A DNA stretch of 64,000 nucleotides from Camelus dromedarius (lineage: Eukaryota), in contig NC_087447.1 of assembly GCF_036321535.1 (NCBI RefSeq), positions 52,888,001 to 52,952,000 of the forward strand, given 5' to 3'. A model generated the notes under the pieces. That model had not been told where the DNA came from and ran no database searches. It saw only the letters and a list, made by a program, of their open reading frames with translations. Position 1 is the stretch's first letter, and every line of letters begins with the position of its first letter. Below are positions 48,351-60,789 of this stretch, piece by piece. Position numbers and translations under genes: made by a program.

Positions 48351-48517
48351 AAGAAATCATGTCTTCTCATGTTCCTTTAGTGCTAGGAACACTCCTTGTC
48401 CTTTTTACTGCCATCTCTAAAAGGGTTAGGAGCTGAACATCTACTGAGGCTGAGTTGGATGAGCTCACCAGAATCAGGCAGCCTGGACTCAAACTTGGCC
48501 TCACTGCTTATAACATA

Positions 48518-48565
<48 letters not shown>
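48518..48565. repeat. Perfect (GAT)16 microsatellite at the tail of an antisense MIR (about 48566-48830)
   Basis: Direct reading; the following AATAGCCATCTTTATTGAG...CCATTTTACAGATGAGAAAATT is MIR. Confidence 0.95.
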
Positions 48566-49982
48566 AATAGCCATCTTTATTGAGATTTTGCTGTGCACAA
48601 AGCCTTTTATAAATGCATTATCTTGTTATATATATTTTATCTATTTTCTCATTATCTCATTTATTCTTCACAATAAGCCTGTAAACTGGGTTCTGTTTTT
48701 GCCATTTTACAGATGAGAAAATTAAAGTAGAGGATGACCAACTGAGTTTCCCAAAGCCACTCAGATATTGAAGCCAAACCCAAATTGTTTCACTCTAAGA
48801 CCCAGGTTCCTAAATACTGAGCTATGCGGCCTCCATAAGGAGATCATGGTACATACACATGGGGTTACTGGCAGGATTAAACAGTAGCACATTTATAAGG
48901 TGCCAAACACAGTGCCTGGTAGTGGGTAGGTAGTCAAAGGATGGCATGTGCAATTAATATTTGCAAGCCTGGACACATCTTTCAAGGCCAACATGCTAAA
49001 TACCCCTTAATACCCCATGTCTCTCTCTGCCGTCTCTTTGATTCTACTGTGGACTCACTGAAGGCTATAAGTGGAAAGAAAAGTCACCATTTATCAAGCC
49101 AGTGCTAGCTCCTGGAGATAGAAAACCCCAGCGTCCTTTCTTGTTGAAGTCACATTCCAGCAAAGAGTGGACATCCAGGGTGTGCAAACAGTACTTGATA
49201 TAAAAAAGGGTTGCCCAAGAAGCCCTGGGGTCATTTGCTCCAGAAACATGTGGCCCATAACACTTTCGGCCTGGGAGATACACAGACTACAAAAGCACAG
49301 GGTCAAGAGGGGCTGGTTCTCCTGAAGGCAAGCCAGAGGAGTCATGGAGTCAAACAGTCCCTGCCAAGGTGCCATGGATGCCTGGGCTCCCCTCTGTGTG
49401 CACTGCCCTCTCCTGGGGGACAGTGCAGCATCTTGTCCTCACCCAGTTGCCTGATTTCTGGGCTAAACTTTGGAAATGTGTGTGTTGTGGCTGTGCTTTG
49501 TCAGGGAGGGGAGTGGCAATCGTCTTTCCTTAGACGCTTTGGCTTTAAGACATGTAAAAATCACATGACAACCCTTATGCTGGCGTCTGGGCACAGCTCC
49601 CCTGTGGTAGCATTTCCACTATGACTTCATGCCTTTTTTTCCCCCCAGGTTCCATGTTGCTGTTGTCACTACTCAAAATCCAAGAAGAGGTTTTTTTGAT
49701 TGGGGAACATCCAACACAGAAACTCCCCAGTCTATGAAAGATCACAACTGAGGGTGTGAAAGACTTTTCCAAAAGCCAGTGAATGATGCTAAAATAAATA
49801 GACCTTTAATTTCTATTTCTGTATTTGAATTGCCGTCATGAGCCTTTGTAACTTTAAGGAAGCTATTTGGACTACTTCAAAGGTGGGGGATGAAACACAT
49901 CTACTGAGCACAAACTGCATGCTTAGCACTGAGGGTAAAAGGACTCAGCTCGTGTAACATTTCCTGAGGGTCTACACCACAC

Positions 49983-50356
49983 TGTTGAGAGCTGAATTAT
50001 GTCTCTCCCAAATTCGCACGTTGAAGTTCTTACCTCTAGTACCTGAGAATGGGACTATATTTGAAGATAGGGTTTTAAAGAGATAAAGTTACAAAGAGGC
50101 CACTAGGCTGGGTCCCAATCTGATACGACTGATGTCCTTCTAAGAGGTCAGGTCATGGTCACGGACAGAGGAAAGATCCCAGGAAGACACAGAGAAAGGA
50201 TGACCATCTACAAGCAAGGAGAGGTGTCCTCGAAGAAACCAACCCTGCCAACACCCTGACCTTAGACTTCCAGCCTTCAGAATGGTGGGGAGATAAATTC
50301 TGTTAAGCCATCCTGCCCCTGGTGCTTGGTCATGGCAACCCTAGCACATAGACACA
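49983..50356 (+). mobile_element. MaLR solo LTR, MLT1A/B-like
   Basis: TGTTGAGAGCTGAATTATGTC start; GAAGAAACCAACCCTGCCAACACCCTGACCTTAGACTTCCAGCC; end ATGGCAACCCTAGCACATAGACACA. Confidence 0.88.
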
Positions 50357-50357
50357 A

Positions 50358-50575
50358 CAGGGGTTTGCAAACTTTTCCTTACAGGGTTAGAGAGTAAGTA
50401 TTGGAGCCTTTGCAGGCAAATGGTCACTGTGCACGTGCTCACCTCTGCTGCTGTGGAGCAGGAACAGCCACGGACACTATGTACACCCCGGGGTAGAGCT
50501 CTGTGCCAATGAGACTTTATTTACAAAACCAAGCAGTGGCCAGCTGTCGTGTGAGCTCTATTCTGTCGACCCCTG
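50358..50575 (+). mobile_element. hAT-Charlie MER58A-like relic
   Basis: TIRs CAGGGGTTTGCAAAC ... TCTGTCGACCCCTG; internal GACTTTATTTACAAAA. Confidence 0.85.
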
Positions 50576-51169
50576 ATCTGCACTGACCAGGCCCTGTGCT
50601 GGGTGAAGGAGCGCAGTCTGGTGAGGGAGACACACAAAACAGTGCTACATAATGTGGTTAGTTCATGAGAGTGGGGAAACAGCTGGCCCCTCCACCTGCC
50701 ACATCCCACGGCTGTGCCTCTGAGCTGGTGGGCCTGCGTCCCCAACCCTGAGGGACAGATCTGAGAAGTCCCTGTGCTCAGCAAGGCCTGAGGCCTGGAG
50801 ACTGGCCGTGGCTCATTTTCTCAGGATGCCGTCTGCCTCTCTCTTCCGCAGGATGCCAGGGGGAGGAGGGGCCCTGCAGCTCGGAGGGTTCAGCTTCTCA
50901 TTTGCAGACTGGGAGAAAGTGGCCCCAAGAAGGCAATGCTTTTGCTCAGACTTCACACAGTGACAGGCCGGGACAGAACACAGACTTTCCGCCTCCTGGG
51001 CTGAAGGCAGCGGGGATATCTCCAGGACACTCGGCGGGGTGGGGGGTCGCCAGGGGGAGGCTCTGCTCTCATAAGAGATAACCCTTCCTGACGGCCTTCA
51101 TCACTGTATTTTGGGGGGAGACGCATTATATTTTTTCTGGTTTTAAATGTATATTCTCTCTATATACGT

Positions 51170-51174
<5 letters not shown>

Positions 51175-51200
<26 letters not shown>
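51175..51200. repeat. (CA)13 microsatellite
   Basis: Direct reading. Confidence 0.95.
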
Positions 51201-51201
<1 letters not shown>

Positions 51202-53500
51202 TCGCAGAATGTCTGGAAAACATTAAAAAGTGTTAGCAAATAGGAGCATTTATCTATGATCTCATCTCTCTGAAATAATCACTATAAATATGTTGGCATA
51301 TTTCTTTTACGTTGTCTTGCTAATTAAAAAAAATCCCAATCGAGTTCTGTTTTTTTTTTTAAACACAACTTTGTCCTTAATATTATAAACACTTTCCCAT
51401 ACCATTAAAAATGTCCAACTACCATCTTCCTTTCCCTTCACTGAGTCCCCAGCTTGCCTGAGTAAAGCCTCCTCTGGGCAACAAGCAATCTCTGAGCCAC
51501 GGCTGGGCGGAAGGAGCCCTTGGAAAGGGCAGCGGGAGCCCCTGCCCTTGACCTGCTGGTCGTCTGGCCTCTCCTCCTCCCCAGCCCTCATTTTCTCCAC
51601 TTTCACAGAGAGCGCCGGTCCAAATGCCCTCCGATGTATCTTCTAGCTCCAGGATGCTGCTGGAGCATCCTATACCCTGCTCTTCCTAGTAAAGCGCCCA
51701 CATAGGTTTGCTGACGGGTAGTTAAGAAAATTTCCAAACCAGCTTTCCTCAAACACAGCATCACTTTGAACACACTGACTGAATGAGGTGTGCTTTGCAC
51801 AATTATAGCAGATAGATTGCTCTATAGGCGCAAAGAGCCGAATGCATAAATTAGATACCGTATTTAAGTCAGGCCGCTATTTAACAGTATTTTGAAGACG
51901 GAGAAGGAAGGAGGCGTGAACGGTGGGAAATTCGCCTCCATTAGGAGGGTCTGAAGCTGACAATTCTCTTTCTAATGTTTGCCTGACCCTGTTGCTCTTC
52001 CGTGGTCCTCACGGTCCACTTGGGACCTCTTGCTCTTCCTTGGGTAGAACTAAGAGTCAGTAAAACGTTTTTCTAGTACTACACTGCCCTGCAAGAACTG
52101 GGGTGTGAGAGTTTGGGTTTTTTTCCAAAGCTAGAAGGGAGCCATTGAAGGGTTCTTGTCTACCTAAGTGTTTCCTGGGCTTTAGAGGGGCCCTGACATG
52201 GACTGGAATCCTGGCTCTAACACTTCTGCTTGTGTGACTTTGGGCAACTGGTCTGAGTCTTTTTCCTGATGTGTGGAATGGATGTGGTAACATCAAACGT
52301 GAGAGAATGGATGAGAGGAACACATGAAACAACATATATGGTCTAGCTAGAACGTTTAGGAACTTTATAGGAAGTCTTACAAGTATTATAACAGTAGTGG
52401 GCTTGGTAAGCCTGTGTTTGTACATACCATTTATGTCTTAGTTTTAAAGAATGTGACGCCTGAAACTCCCAGACACAATTCTCAAGACGTAAACAACCTG
52501 TAGCCTCTAGCACGAATGTGTGCCTTCCCTGTGTGCAGAATGACTAGTGAGTGAAATTCCTTTGTAATAATCCGATAATTTTTCCTTGAGCAATGACAGA
52601 ATTTTAAAAGCTTTCCCTGGGAGAGATTTTGATAAGAGCTTTAGGTTGATTACTTTTTATATCCCATGTCCTGTTTGGCTGATAAGCTCCCAATCTCTGC
52701 CTTTCACATTGTTTTTATCTATCAGGCTGTCCCCATCTTGTCACTGTCATCTTTTCAGTTGTCAGAATGAAATTGAGGGACAACAGAGGGGGAGTGAGGC
52801 ACGGGGAAGGGGTGGCTAAGCCCCTAGGCGAGGGTGACAGGGCAGTGTGTCCTCGGAAACGGCTGTTCTGGACCCAGGAACTAAGCAGATGATCCCCAGG
52901 AGACAGGTCCTTACTAATCTGGTGCACGGAGGGAGGCAGGCTCCCACCGGATGCTGAAGCCTCTTGCTCTGCCTCGGGTTAATGCGATACCTGGCTCCTA
53001 GATGTATGTGATACCTGCTTCCTTTCACAGTGCTCTCCATCCCATTGTCATTTAGTGGGAACCAACACGTTGTGAGAATCATAGACTTTTAGAGCGTGTG
53101 TAGCCTCAGAGGACATCCAGTATAGGGGAGCAAAGCTAAAGGAAGAGGAGCTGCGTCCCCAAGTCACTCATCAGGTCCAAGACGGCACTGCAGGCTGTCA
53201 GTCCAGCTCCCCACCATGGATGCGCTGGCCCTTGAGTTATCTGCAATTGCACCGACATATGTGTGCTTAAGTTAGTGAGCTCTGGGTGGTTCCTTCCACA
53301 GTGTGGGTTCGGTTCTCAGTAAATAATTCCTTGACCTTATAGAGCCTTGATTTTATAGGAACCTACCTCCACGTGCTGCTAGGGAGAAAGACCAAGATGA
53401 TTTTGGAATCATTATGCCAGGACCCCATTTAGGAAGCCTAGAACAATAGCAGATCTTATGGTATGAAATGAATCCCAAGTTGCATCTCCTGCTTGAGGAC

Positions 53501-54215
53501 TGTGGTGGATACTGGTTTGCTCGACATCAGTTTCAATCTCCTTCTATCCTGCCTGCCTATGATGTAGAGCCTGAACAGCTAGAAACGGTGTTTCCCAGAG
53601 TGCTGCATGGTGGGGGTCTACATGTGGCTTAGGCATCCCCTTTAAGGTAACACCCATGCCCAGTGGGACATTCTTTAGCTGGGCTTCTACAGTTTTTGCA
53701 AGGACAGTCATGGAGGCTTGGATTTTCTATGTGGCTATAGAGGAGGTCCCTGCTGGGACGGCATTTCTGTCACAGCAAAGCAGCTAGCTGTGCAGTGGTA
53801 GCTTCCCACTCTATTAGGCAGCTCCCTGTTTCTACCGCTTTCTGATGACGGCAGGGGCAGCAGCATCTTGGAAGCTCAATTCTGCTGTGTGGCTCTGAGA
53901 GATATTCCTGGAAGCTCAGCCTAGAGTCAGTTTCTCCAGCTCTCTCAGTGGTCCTCTAAGCCAGGGTCAGCAAACTTTCTGGGCCAGGTAGTAAATATTT
54001 TAGGCTCTGTGAGCCACCTTGTCTCTGTTTTAACTATTCAACTCTGTCATTGCTGGACGAAGACAACACATCCATGGGTGTGGCTATTTTCCAACAAAAC
54101 TTTATTACAAAAGCAGACAGTGGGCCATACTTGGCCCATGGCTTTTGTTTTTCTAAGCCCTGCATGATACATCCCTTTTTACTGAAACTTGGCAATAACC
54201 TCTTCTTTTTGTGCT
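53501..54215 (+). mobile_element. ERVL LTR33-like LTR interrupted by MER58A
   Basis: TGTGGTGGATACTG start; CAGCTAGAAACGGTGTTTCCCAGAG; TTCCTGGAAGCTCAGCCTAGAG...TTTCTCCAGC; the probable 3' end resumes at 54163. Confidence 0.6.
53962..54162 (+). mobile_element. hAT-Charlie MER58A-like relic
   Basis: CAGGGTCAGCAAACTTTCT...GGGCCAGGTAGTAAATATTTTAGGCT...AAAACTTTATTACAAAAGCAG...GCCCTG. Confidence 0.88.
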
Positions 54216-54479
54216 ATGCTCTTTTGTTTGCAAAGTGCTTTCACATACACTGTGTCATTTGACTCTCAGCACCCCGTGAGGGATGTGAAGAGGGTAGAGT
54301 TGGTAAGTCTTAGAAACACTCAAACAGGTTGAAATTTTCTCAATGGTCAGATGGTGTGTGAGGAGGGGAGACAGAATTTGAAACTAGGCCTCCCAGCTCC
54401 CAGTTCAGTATTCCTTCAAGGACTCCATTATGGCCTCAGGAGTTCAGAACTGATGCTGGAGTGACCTTCAAAACAGAGC

Positions 54480-54632
54480 TTTGCTGCTCAATGTGTGGCC
54501 CATGGACCAGCAACACCTGGGAGCTTGTCGTAAATGCAGACTCTCAGGCCCCCACCCCCCTCCAACCTACTGAATCAGAACTTGCTTTTAAATAAGATTT
54601 CTGGGTAACTCACATGCGATAGTTTGAGAAGG
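54480..54632. mobile_element. MER5A-like relic
   Basis: GGACCAGCAACACCTGGGAGCTTGTCGTAAATGCAGACTCTCAGGCCCCACCCC...CCTACTGAATCAGAA...AGTTTGAGAA. Confidence 0.8.
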
Positions 54633-55049
54633 GTAGAAAGGAATGCATTCAAAACTTTAGTGCTTGCAAATTGCGTTGTCAAGGTTTAGGAGATACAGCA
54701 TAGATAGCAGAGTCAAAAGTCATGGGGCATTTGAATAACATTAGAAGGTGATGCTAAGATGTTCTTGTTATGCTATTTGGCTAAGAGACCCAGGGACACC
54801 TGAATCTTCCTTGACCAGCCACTTCTCTCTGTAAATTTACAGTAAGATATATGCCCAAAGGAGGAAAAATGAAACAAAGTAAACCCAAAGGTGGAATTGG
54901 AGTAAATATGTTTCACGTAAAATATTCTTTAACTTTGTGTTTCTCATCTAACATTACCTCTCCAACCCTGTAAACTAGGTGCTATTATTTTATTTTCCAT
55001 TTCATCATCACCACCACCACCACTTCTGTATAGCTTATATCCCTGTTCA

Positions 55050-55350
55050 AAGTTCTCTATACACATAGCTGACTTAATCCTTGTAATAATTTTATGAAGT
55101 AGCTCCATCTTCCAGATGGGAAGACTGAGGCATAGAAAGTTTAAGACACTTGCCCAAGGACACACAACTAGTATGGGGTAGAGCTGGGATTCATGCTTCA
55201 GACTGCATGCCCATAATCACTGCACTATACACTTTCGCTGAGCAGAACAGTCAACTTGTCCAAGATCACACAGCTAGCAAATGGTACAGGCAAGGTTTAC
55301 ACCAGACTCTCCTTCCAGACCTACACTCTTAGCCACACATGCTGTTCTCA
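55050..55350 (-). mobile_element. MIR SINE (core partly repeated)
   Basis: CAGATGGGAAGACTGAGGCATAG...ACTTGCCCAAGGACACACAACTAG, then a second ACTTGTCCAAGATCACACAGCTAG. Confidence 0.8.
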
Positions 55351-55406
55351 AGCAGAGTGAGATTCCTGGTATCCATGATAGACTGCCTGAATCTCTGCTG
55401 ATTATT

Positions 55407-55430
55407 GATCGATCGATCGATCGATCGATC
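55407..55430. repeat. (GATC)6 self-complementary tetranucleotide repeat
   Basis: Direct reading; grades into TATCTACCTATC. Confidence 0.97.
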
Positions 55431-55690
55431 TATCTACCTATCGATTGTCGATCAATATTCTATTGCTTGGCTCTGGTCAAGCAGAACAGTGCTCCACTAC
55501 CCTGTCTCTGCTTAGTTAGACATATGTGTAGTCTCTGGACGTTACTTTTTAAAGACATGTTCGGTGTCTTATTCATCTCTGTGACCCCAGTCCTCAGTGC
55601 CTAGTTCAGGACTTGCCTCACAGTAATTTCTCTATAGGTGTTTGTGGTTTGAATTGAGCTGAATACTCTCCAGGGGCCATCACTCTAGGG

Positions 55691-55868
55691 CAATGGTTCT
55701 CAAACATTAGCACGCACCAGCACCACCTGGGGAGCCTGTTAGAACACAGATTACTGGGCCCCAGCTCCAGAGTTTCGGATTTGGTAGGACTCAAGAGTTT
55801 GCATTTCTAACAAGTTCCCAGGAGACACCGCTGCTACCGGTCCAGGGACCACACTTCGCAAACTACTG
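55691..55868. mobile_element. MER5A (hAT-Charlie) relic
   Basis: TIRs CAATGGTTCTCAAA ... TTCGCAAACTACTG; 8-bp TSD CTCTAGGG (55683-55690) / GTCTAGGG (55869-55876). Confidence 0.92.
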
Positions 55869-56105
55869 GTCTAGGGAGTCTTCTGAGAGGAGGAAGGATT
55901 GGGCTGGGCTTGGAAGGATTTGCAGGGGACGAAGATACGTGAGGAATGTTATCACTACACTGTTCAAAGTTTACATTTCAAGATATGACTCACCATAGCC
56001 TTTTATGGGTACATGACCTTGTAAATTAAGTATGAGAAAAGTATGACATCTGATAACATCTGCTTTGAGACAGTGTGCCTTTAATTTCACCACATTCATT
56101 AATGT

Positions 56106-56247
56106 GGAGAAGTGCAGATGTAGGCTTCAGCTATCATCAGCTCATTGGGAATGCATGGTCAACCCCTCCATCTCCTGGAGAAGTGCAGATGTAGGCTTCA
56201 GCTATCATCAGCTCATTGGGAATGCATGGTCAACCCCTCCATCTCCT
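56106..56247. repeat. Perfect 71-bp tandem duplication
   Basis: 56106-56176 is identical to 56177-56247. Confidence 0.98.
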
Positions 56248-57139
56248 AACAATGCATCATTGTTAGAAATTCATCACTACAGGATACAGTGATATTACTT
56301 GGTATTGATTTGAATATAACACGTTTTTATTAAGTCACACTTGGGTTAGAAATCAAAAAGGAAATCTTATCTAAAATAGAAATAGACAAAATGAATTGGT
56401 TAAGACAGGCTACAAGATATTATTTGCTTACTGTTCCCTGGCAAAGCAGGGCGGAGACACTTGGCTGTTGAGGCCAGTAGCGCCTCGGTAGACCAAACCA
56501 GCACACTGTCTAGGAAGGGGTTTAGGATTTCTAATCCTTATGGTCTTCTCTGGTTAACCATTTTATTCCAGCATTAGAGATACGGGATGGGGCAGAAAAT
56601 GTTTCTCTAAACCATCCTTTCTCCTCCCCAGTCAGATTCTCCCAGGAATCACCTTCTGAGAAAGACACAGGTAAACAGGAGGCACCCAGAGGATGGTGGC
56701 CAGGTTGGCGAGGGGCCTGGAAAGGAGTATGTAAGAAGGAACAGGAAGTCCTTCCTGGAGACGGGAATGCTGGCGGTGGGTGTAAGCGATTATAGCCCCC
56801 TCATGGGGTTGACCCCCACGTCTCTTGAAACTCCAAACATTCTTTGTGTGCTGCTGTTTAACAAATCAGATTGTAACCTACAAATTTGTTTATCTGTCCG
56901 TCACTCTTGCCTCACCATGAGGTTTTTGAGGGACTCGGTCTTCTTCACCCCTAAATTCCTAACATTAACTATAATTCCTCGAACAGTATGGAACCTCAGT
57001 AAATGATTCTTGACTTTAACTAAGATACTGAGTTGTTGGAAGAGGGAGCACACCTGGTTTGTGTGGCTCCAGGTGATGGAACTGGATCAGGGTGGACGAG
57101 GAGAGGAAAATTTATTATTCAATTAAATTAATTAAATGT

Positions 57140-57280
57140 ATCATCAGTTTTTGCATCTGCATTAATACATGGGTAATAGTGCTACTTGTGAAGAGTAAAT
57201 GAGATAATTTTATAAAATGCTTAGCATACTGCCTGGGGCATAGTGAGTACTCAAAGTTTTTTGTTACTATTACTATTATG
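57140..57280 (+). mobile_element. MIR SINE 3' part
   Basis: TTGTGAAGAGTAAATGAGATAAT...AAATGCTTAGCATACTGCCTGG. Confidence 0.75.
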
Positions 57281-58129
57281 AAGTAGCCCTTTTAAATTCT
57301 ACATTGTACGTTTTCACGGATGCCATAGTTTTGGTCTGAATCTCCTCTTTCCCTTCTCTTCTCCCTGCCTTTCTTCTTTCAACCATGGTTCATCCTATCT
57401 TTGTATTCACTTATCCATTTATCCGTCCAACCCCTAGACGTTTACCCACTCCTTCTTCTGTCTACTCTTCATCCATTCATACCTATACTACTTACTTACT
57501 TAACCCGTCCATTCATCTTTAAGTGGGTGGCTGTCGGGTAGTGAAAAGTGCCTGGTTGTAGTCACATCCATATCCTAGGAGTTGACTGCTTGGATGGCAT
57601 TGGCTGTAACAGAGAGGAGGAGGCACTGATGCTGGTGTCTTGTGTGGCTGAGAGCTGAACTGTGGTCCCTGTGCAAACGACTTTCTGTGAGTACTTCTGA
57701 GATCCTCTGAGGTCAGCAGTCCCCATCAGGGCATATGGGAAGCCTTTCAAAACAGCGGTATTTGAGCTGCGATGTGCACTTTTACAATTAGCTGGTGTTA
57801 TTCATCACAGTAATATTTTAAATAAAGCAGATGGAGACTGTGAAGATGTGACTATTTTAGCTGGCATGTTTGTTCAGCAACTGGCACAATGAGAGAGGTG
57901 CAGAAGAGCAGATGAGATGAAGAACACCAATTATTTTAATTTTCTTGAAGAGGGGAACTGAGATCACAGTTTTGACCTTCACAAATCAGAAAATTATCTG
58001 GATTCTAGGTAATTCAAGATGATCATGGGACACTTGGCAGAGCAGGAAAAAATCGGCCCCCGCTTTTATATTTGACTCTCCTGTGCAGCTGAATTAACTG
58101 AAGTGAAATACCTCGGGGAGGAGGAGTGA

Positions 58130-58360
58130 TTCTGACGATGTGGTAGAAAGAGCACGGGTTTGCTGTTGTTTAGAAGAGCAGGAATCCAAACCTTGATCTA
58201 CCTGCTAGCTGTGCGTGCTTGGGCAAGACGTTTAATAACCCTGAGCTTCCGTTCCCTTATTGGTAAATGGCATTAATGACACCAGGACATTATGCAATGA
58301 AGATTAAAATGTGATAATGTTGATAAAGCAGCTGGCAGAAGGCTAGATGCCGCTCAATAC
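58130..58360 (+). mobile_element. MIR SINE
   Basis: GTGGTAGAAAGAGCACGGG...CTAGCTGTGCGTGCTTGGGCAAG...GAAGATTAAAATGTGATAATG. Confidence 0.8.
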
Positions 58361-59422
58361 ATATTGGTTCCAGCATGGTGCAGTGGTCAAGTGACACATG
58401 GATATTTGTTCCTTTCTGTGCAAATGCTGTAATAACTTAGCAGGTACTCTGAAGAGTGACCAGGATGATGAGGGATTTGGATCCATGTCCTGTGTCCTGT
58501 TGAAAAGAGATGAAATGTCTAATCTGCAGAGGAGGCATTTGAGGGAGACCACACTGGGGTCTTCAATTATTAAACAGTGTTGAGAAAAGAGGGTATAGAC
58601 TTACTGCATATATTCTCGAAGAGACTGATGAGTGGAAGCCGCAGGAAGATGCACTTCATAATTTACACAGCACAGGCACCCCGAGCCCCAGCTGCACAGC
58701 AGGGATAGACAGAAGCCATAAGGAAGGGAAGGGCCAGGACATGTTTGGTCCTCAAATGAGATGGCAAGGCAGGGCACTGCTATGGTTTGTGGGAGTACAG
58801 TCAAGGCAAAAACAAAAACAAAACAAACTGCAGAAAAGAAGTCCAGATCTCAAAAGAACACGTAATCTCAACTGATTGTCACTCTCCTCACCTTCATCAC
58901 AAACAGGGGAAAAACCACAATAAAATAGCTTTTGAAGTGGGCAGGGCACTTTGCATTTTCCTCATGTGTTTCCATATCCATGATGCACTGGGTTTTCAGG
59001 TAAACACAAGAAGAAAGCAAGACGAGATCATTAGCTCCATTTTACTAGTGTATCATAGTGACTTGAAATAAACTTGCCCAAGATCACACTCTGGAGCTTC
59101 ATGTGGCTGTGGCTGTTTTGTGGGTGTCCTGTTGGTCATTATTGTTTCTGTTTTAGTAAGCAAATCTGATCACTTGTTCTCCAGCTGAAAACCATCCATT
59201 ATCTCAGAAAAACCTTTAAATCTTCCATGATCCCTGCCACTCACCCCAGCCTCTACCTCATCCATGTTCCAGAATCATCTAACCACGCGTGGCTCCCCAT
59301 ATACTCTATGCCGTTTCACCCCGGCACACCTTCTTATCTGATGTCTCTCTGCCCGGGATGACCTCCAACACCACATCTCCACTAGAATATCAATCTCATG
59401 GTATCAAAAATGAGGCCAGAGA

Positions 59423-60026
59423 CATATATCCAGAGAAAACTCTAATTCGAAAAGATACACATACCTCAATGTTCATAGCAGCACTACATACAATAGCCAA
59501 GGCATGGAAGCAACCTAAATGTCCATTGACAGATGACTGGATAAAGAAGATGTGGTATATACATATATTCATAATGGAATACTACTCAACCATAAAAAGA
59601 ATGAAATAATGCCATTTGCAGCAACATGGATGGACCTAGAGATTATCATACTAAGTGAAGTAAGTCAGACAGAGAAAGATAAACAGCATATGACATCACT
59701 TATCTGTGGAATCTAAAAAATGATACAAATGAACTGATTTTCAAAACAGAAACAGACTCACATAGAGAACAAAGTTATGGTTACCAAAGGGGGAAGGGAT
59801 GAGGAGGGATAAACTAGGAGTCTGGGATTAGCAGTTACAAACTACTATATATAAACCAGATAAACAACAAGGTCCTATTGTATAGCACAGGGAACTATAT
59901 TCAATAGCTTGTAATAATCTATAATGACAAAGAATATGAAAAAGAATATACATATGTATATAACTGAATCACTATGCTGCACACCAGAAACTAACACAAG
60001 ACTGTAAATCAACTATAGTTCAATAA
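59423..60026 (+). mobile_element. 5'-truncated cetartiodactyl-type L1
   Basis: ORF2 C-terminal remnant MFIAALHTIAKAWKQPKCP, 3' UTR and AATAAA; perfect 17-bp TSD AAAAATGAGGCCAGAGA (59406-59422, 60027-60043). Confidence 0.96.
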
Positions 60027-60789
60027 AAAAATGAGGCCAGAGAAAGATCACAAATATGCTATGGTTCCTAGCTCTTTCATCATTAAGCTTCACCCACCTT
60101 CCATTTCCTACTTGAAGTTACAGACGTGTGAACCTCCCCCCCATCTCCACAAGCCCCTTAGGCTGAAGACTTGGCTAGCCCTCGTGGAGAGAAGATGAGG
60201 TGGGTATTAAACAGGATAAGAGACTGAAGTTTCAAACTAGGTGGGGCCTTTCTAGACCCCAAAGCAACCAGAAAAATATGGAATCTTCCAAAGGCGTCAT
60301 TAAGGGCTGGGAAAGGAACATCTGACAACACAGTTGAAGATAAGGATTAGAGAAGAAGAAAAAAAAAAAACCTGTTTGTGTTTGTGCCCTGCTGAGCTCA
60401 GACTGTTCTATAAGCCAGTTATGTCTGACGAATTTTCATCTATCCCTGATACAACCATATATATGAAAATGTTCTGTAAACTGGAATGTACTCTACAAAT
60501 ATTAGTTACAATTAGTAATCATTACAAGTAAGAGGAGAGAAATAACATGAGGGGTTTCTTGAATTCTCTCAGTGTTATTTTTGAAATTCAAAGATAAAAG
60601 CATAATTCCTGGTCTGGACTGAGATGGAACTCAGCACTGTGTGAACACAGCCTGCACATGGACACAGGGGAGCAGAGTGAGGGAGGGGCTTTCTGGATTT
60701 GGCTCAGGCTCCCGGCAGGGCAGGGGGGATCTCATTCCACATCCTCCCAAATGACATCACTATTTTGCCAACAACCAGGACTATTACTT

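Noticed and set aside
48383..48716. Poly-Met / poly-Ile ORFs
   Set aside because: Translations of (GAT)16.
49625..49700. Strong-looking splice acceptor TTTTTTTTCCCCCCAG
   Set aside because: No convincing downstream donor or coding frame; isolated acceptors are common.
57121..57134. 14-bp AT-only palindrome AATTAAATTTAATT
   Set aside because: Low complexity at a MIR edge; likely chance.
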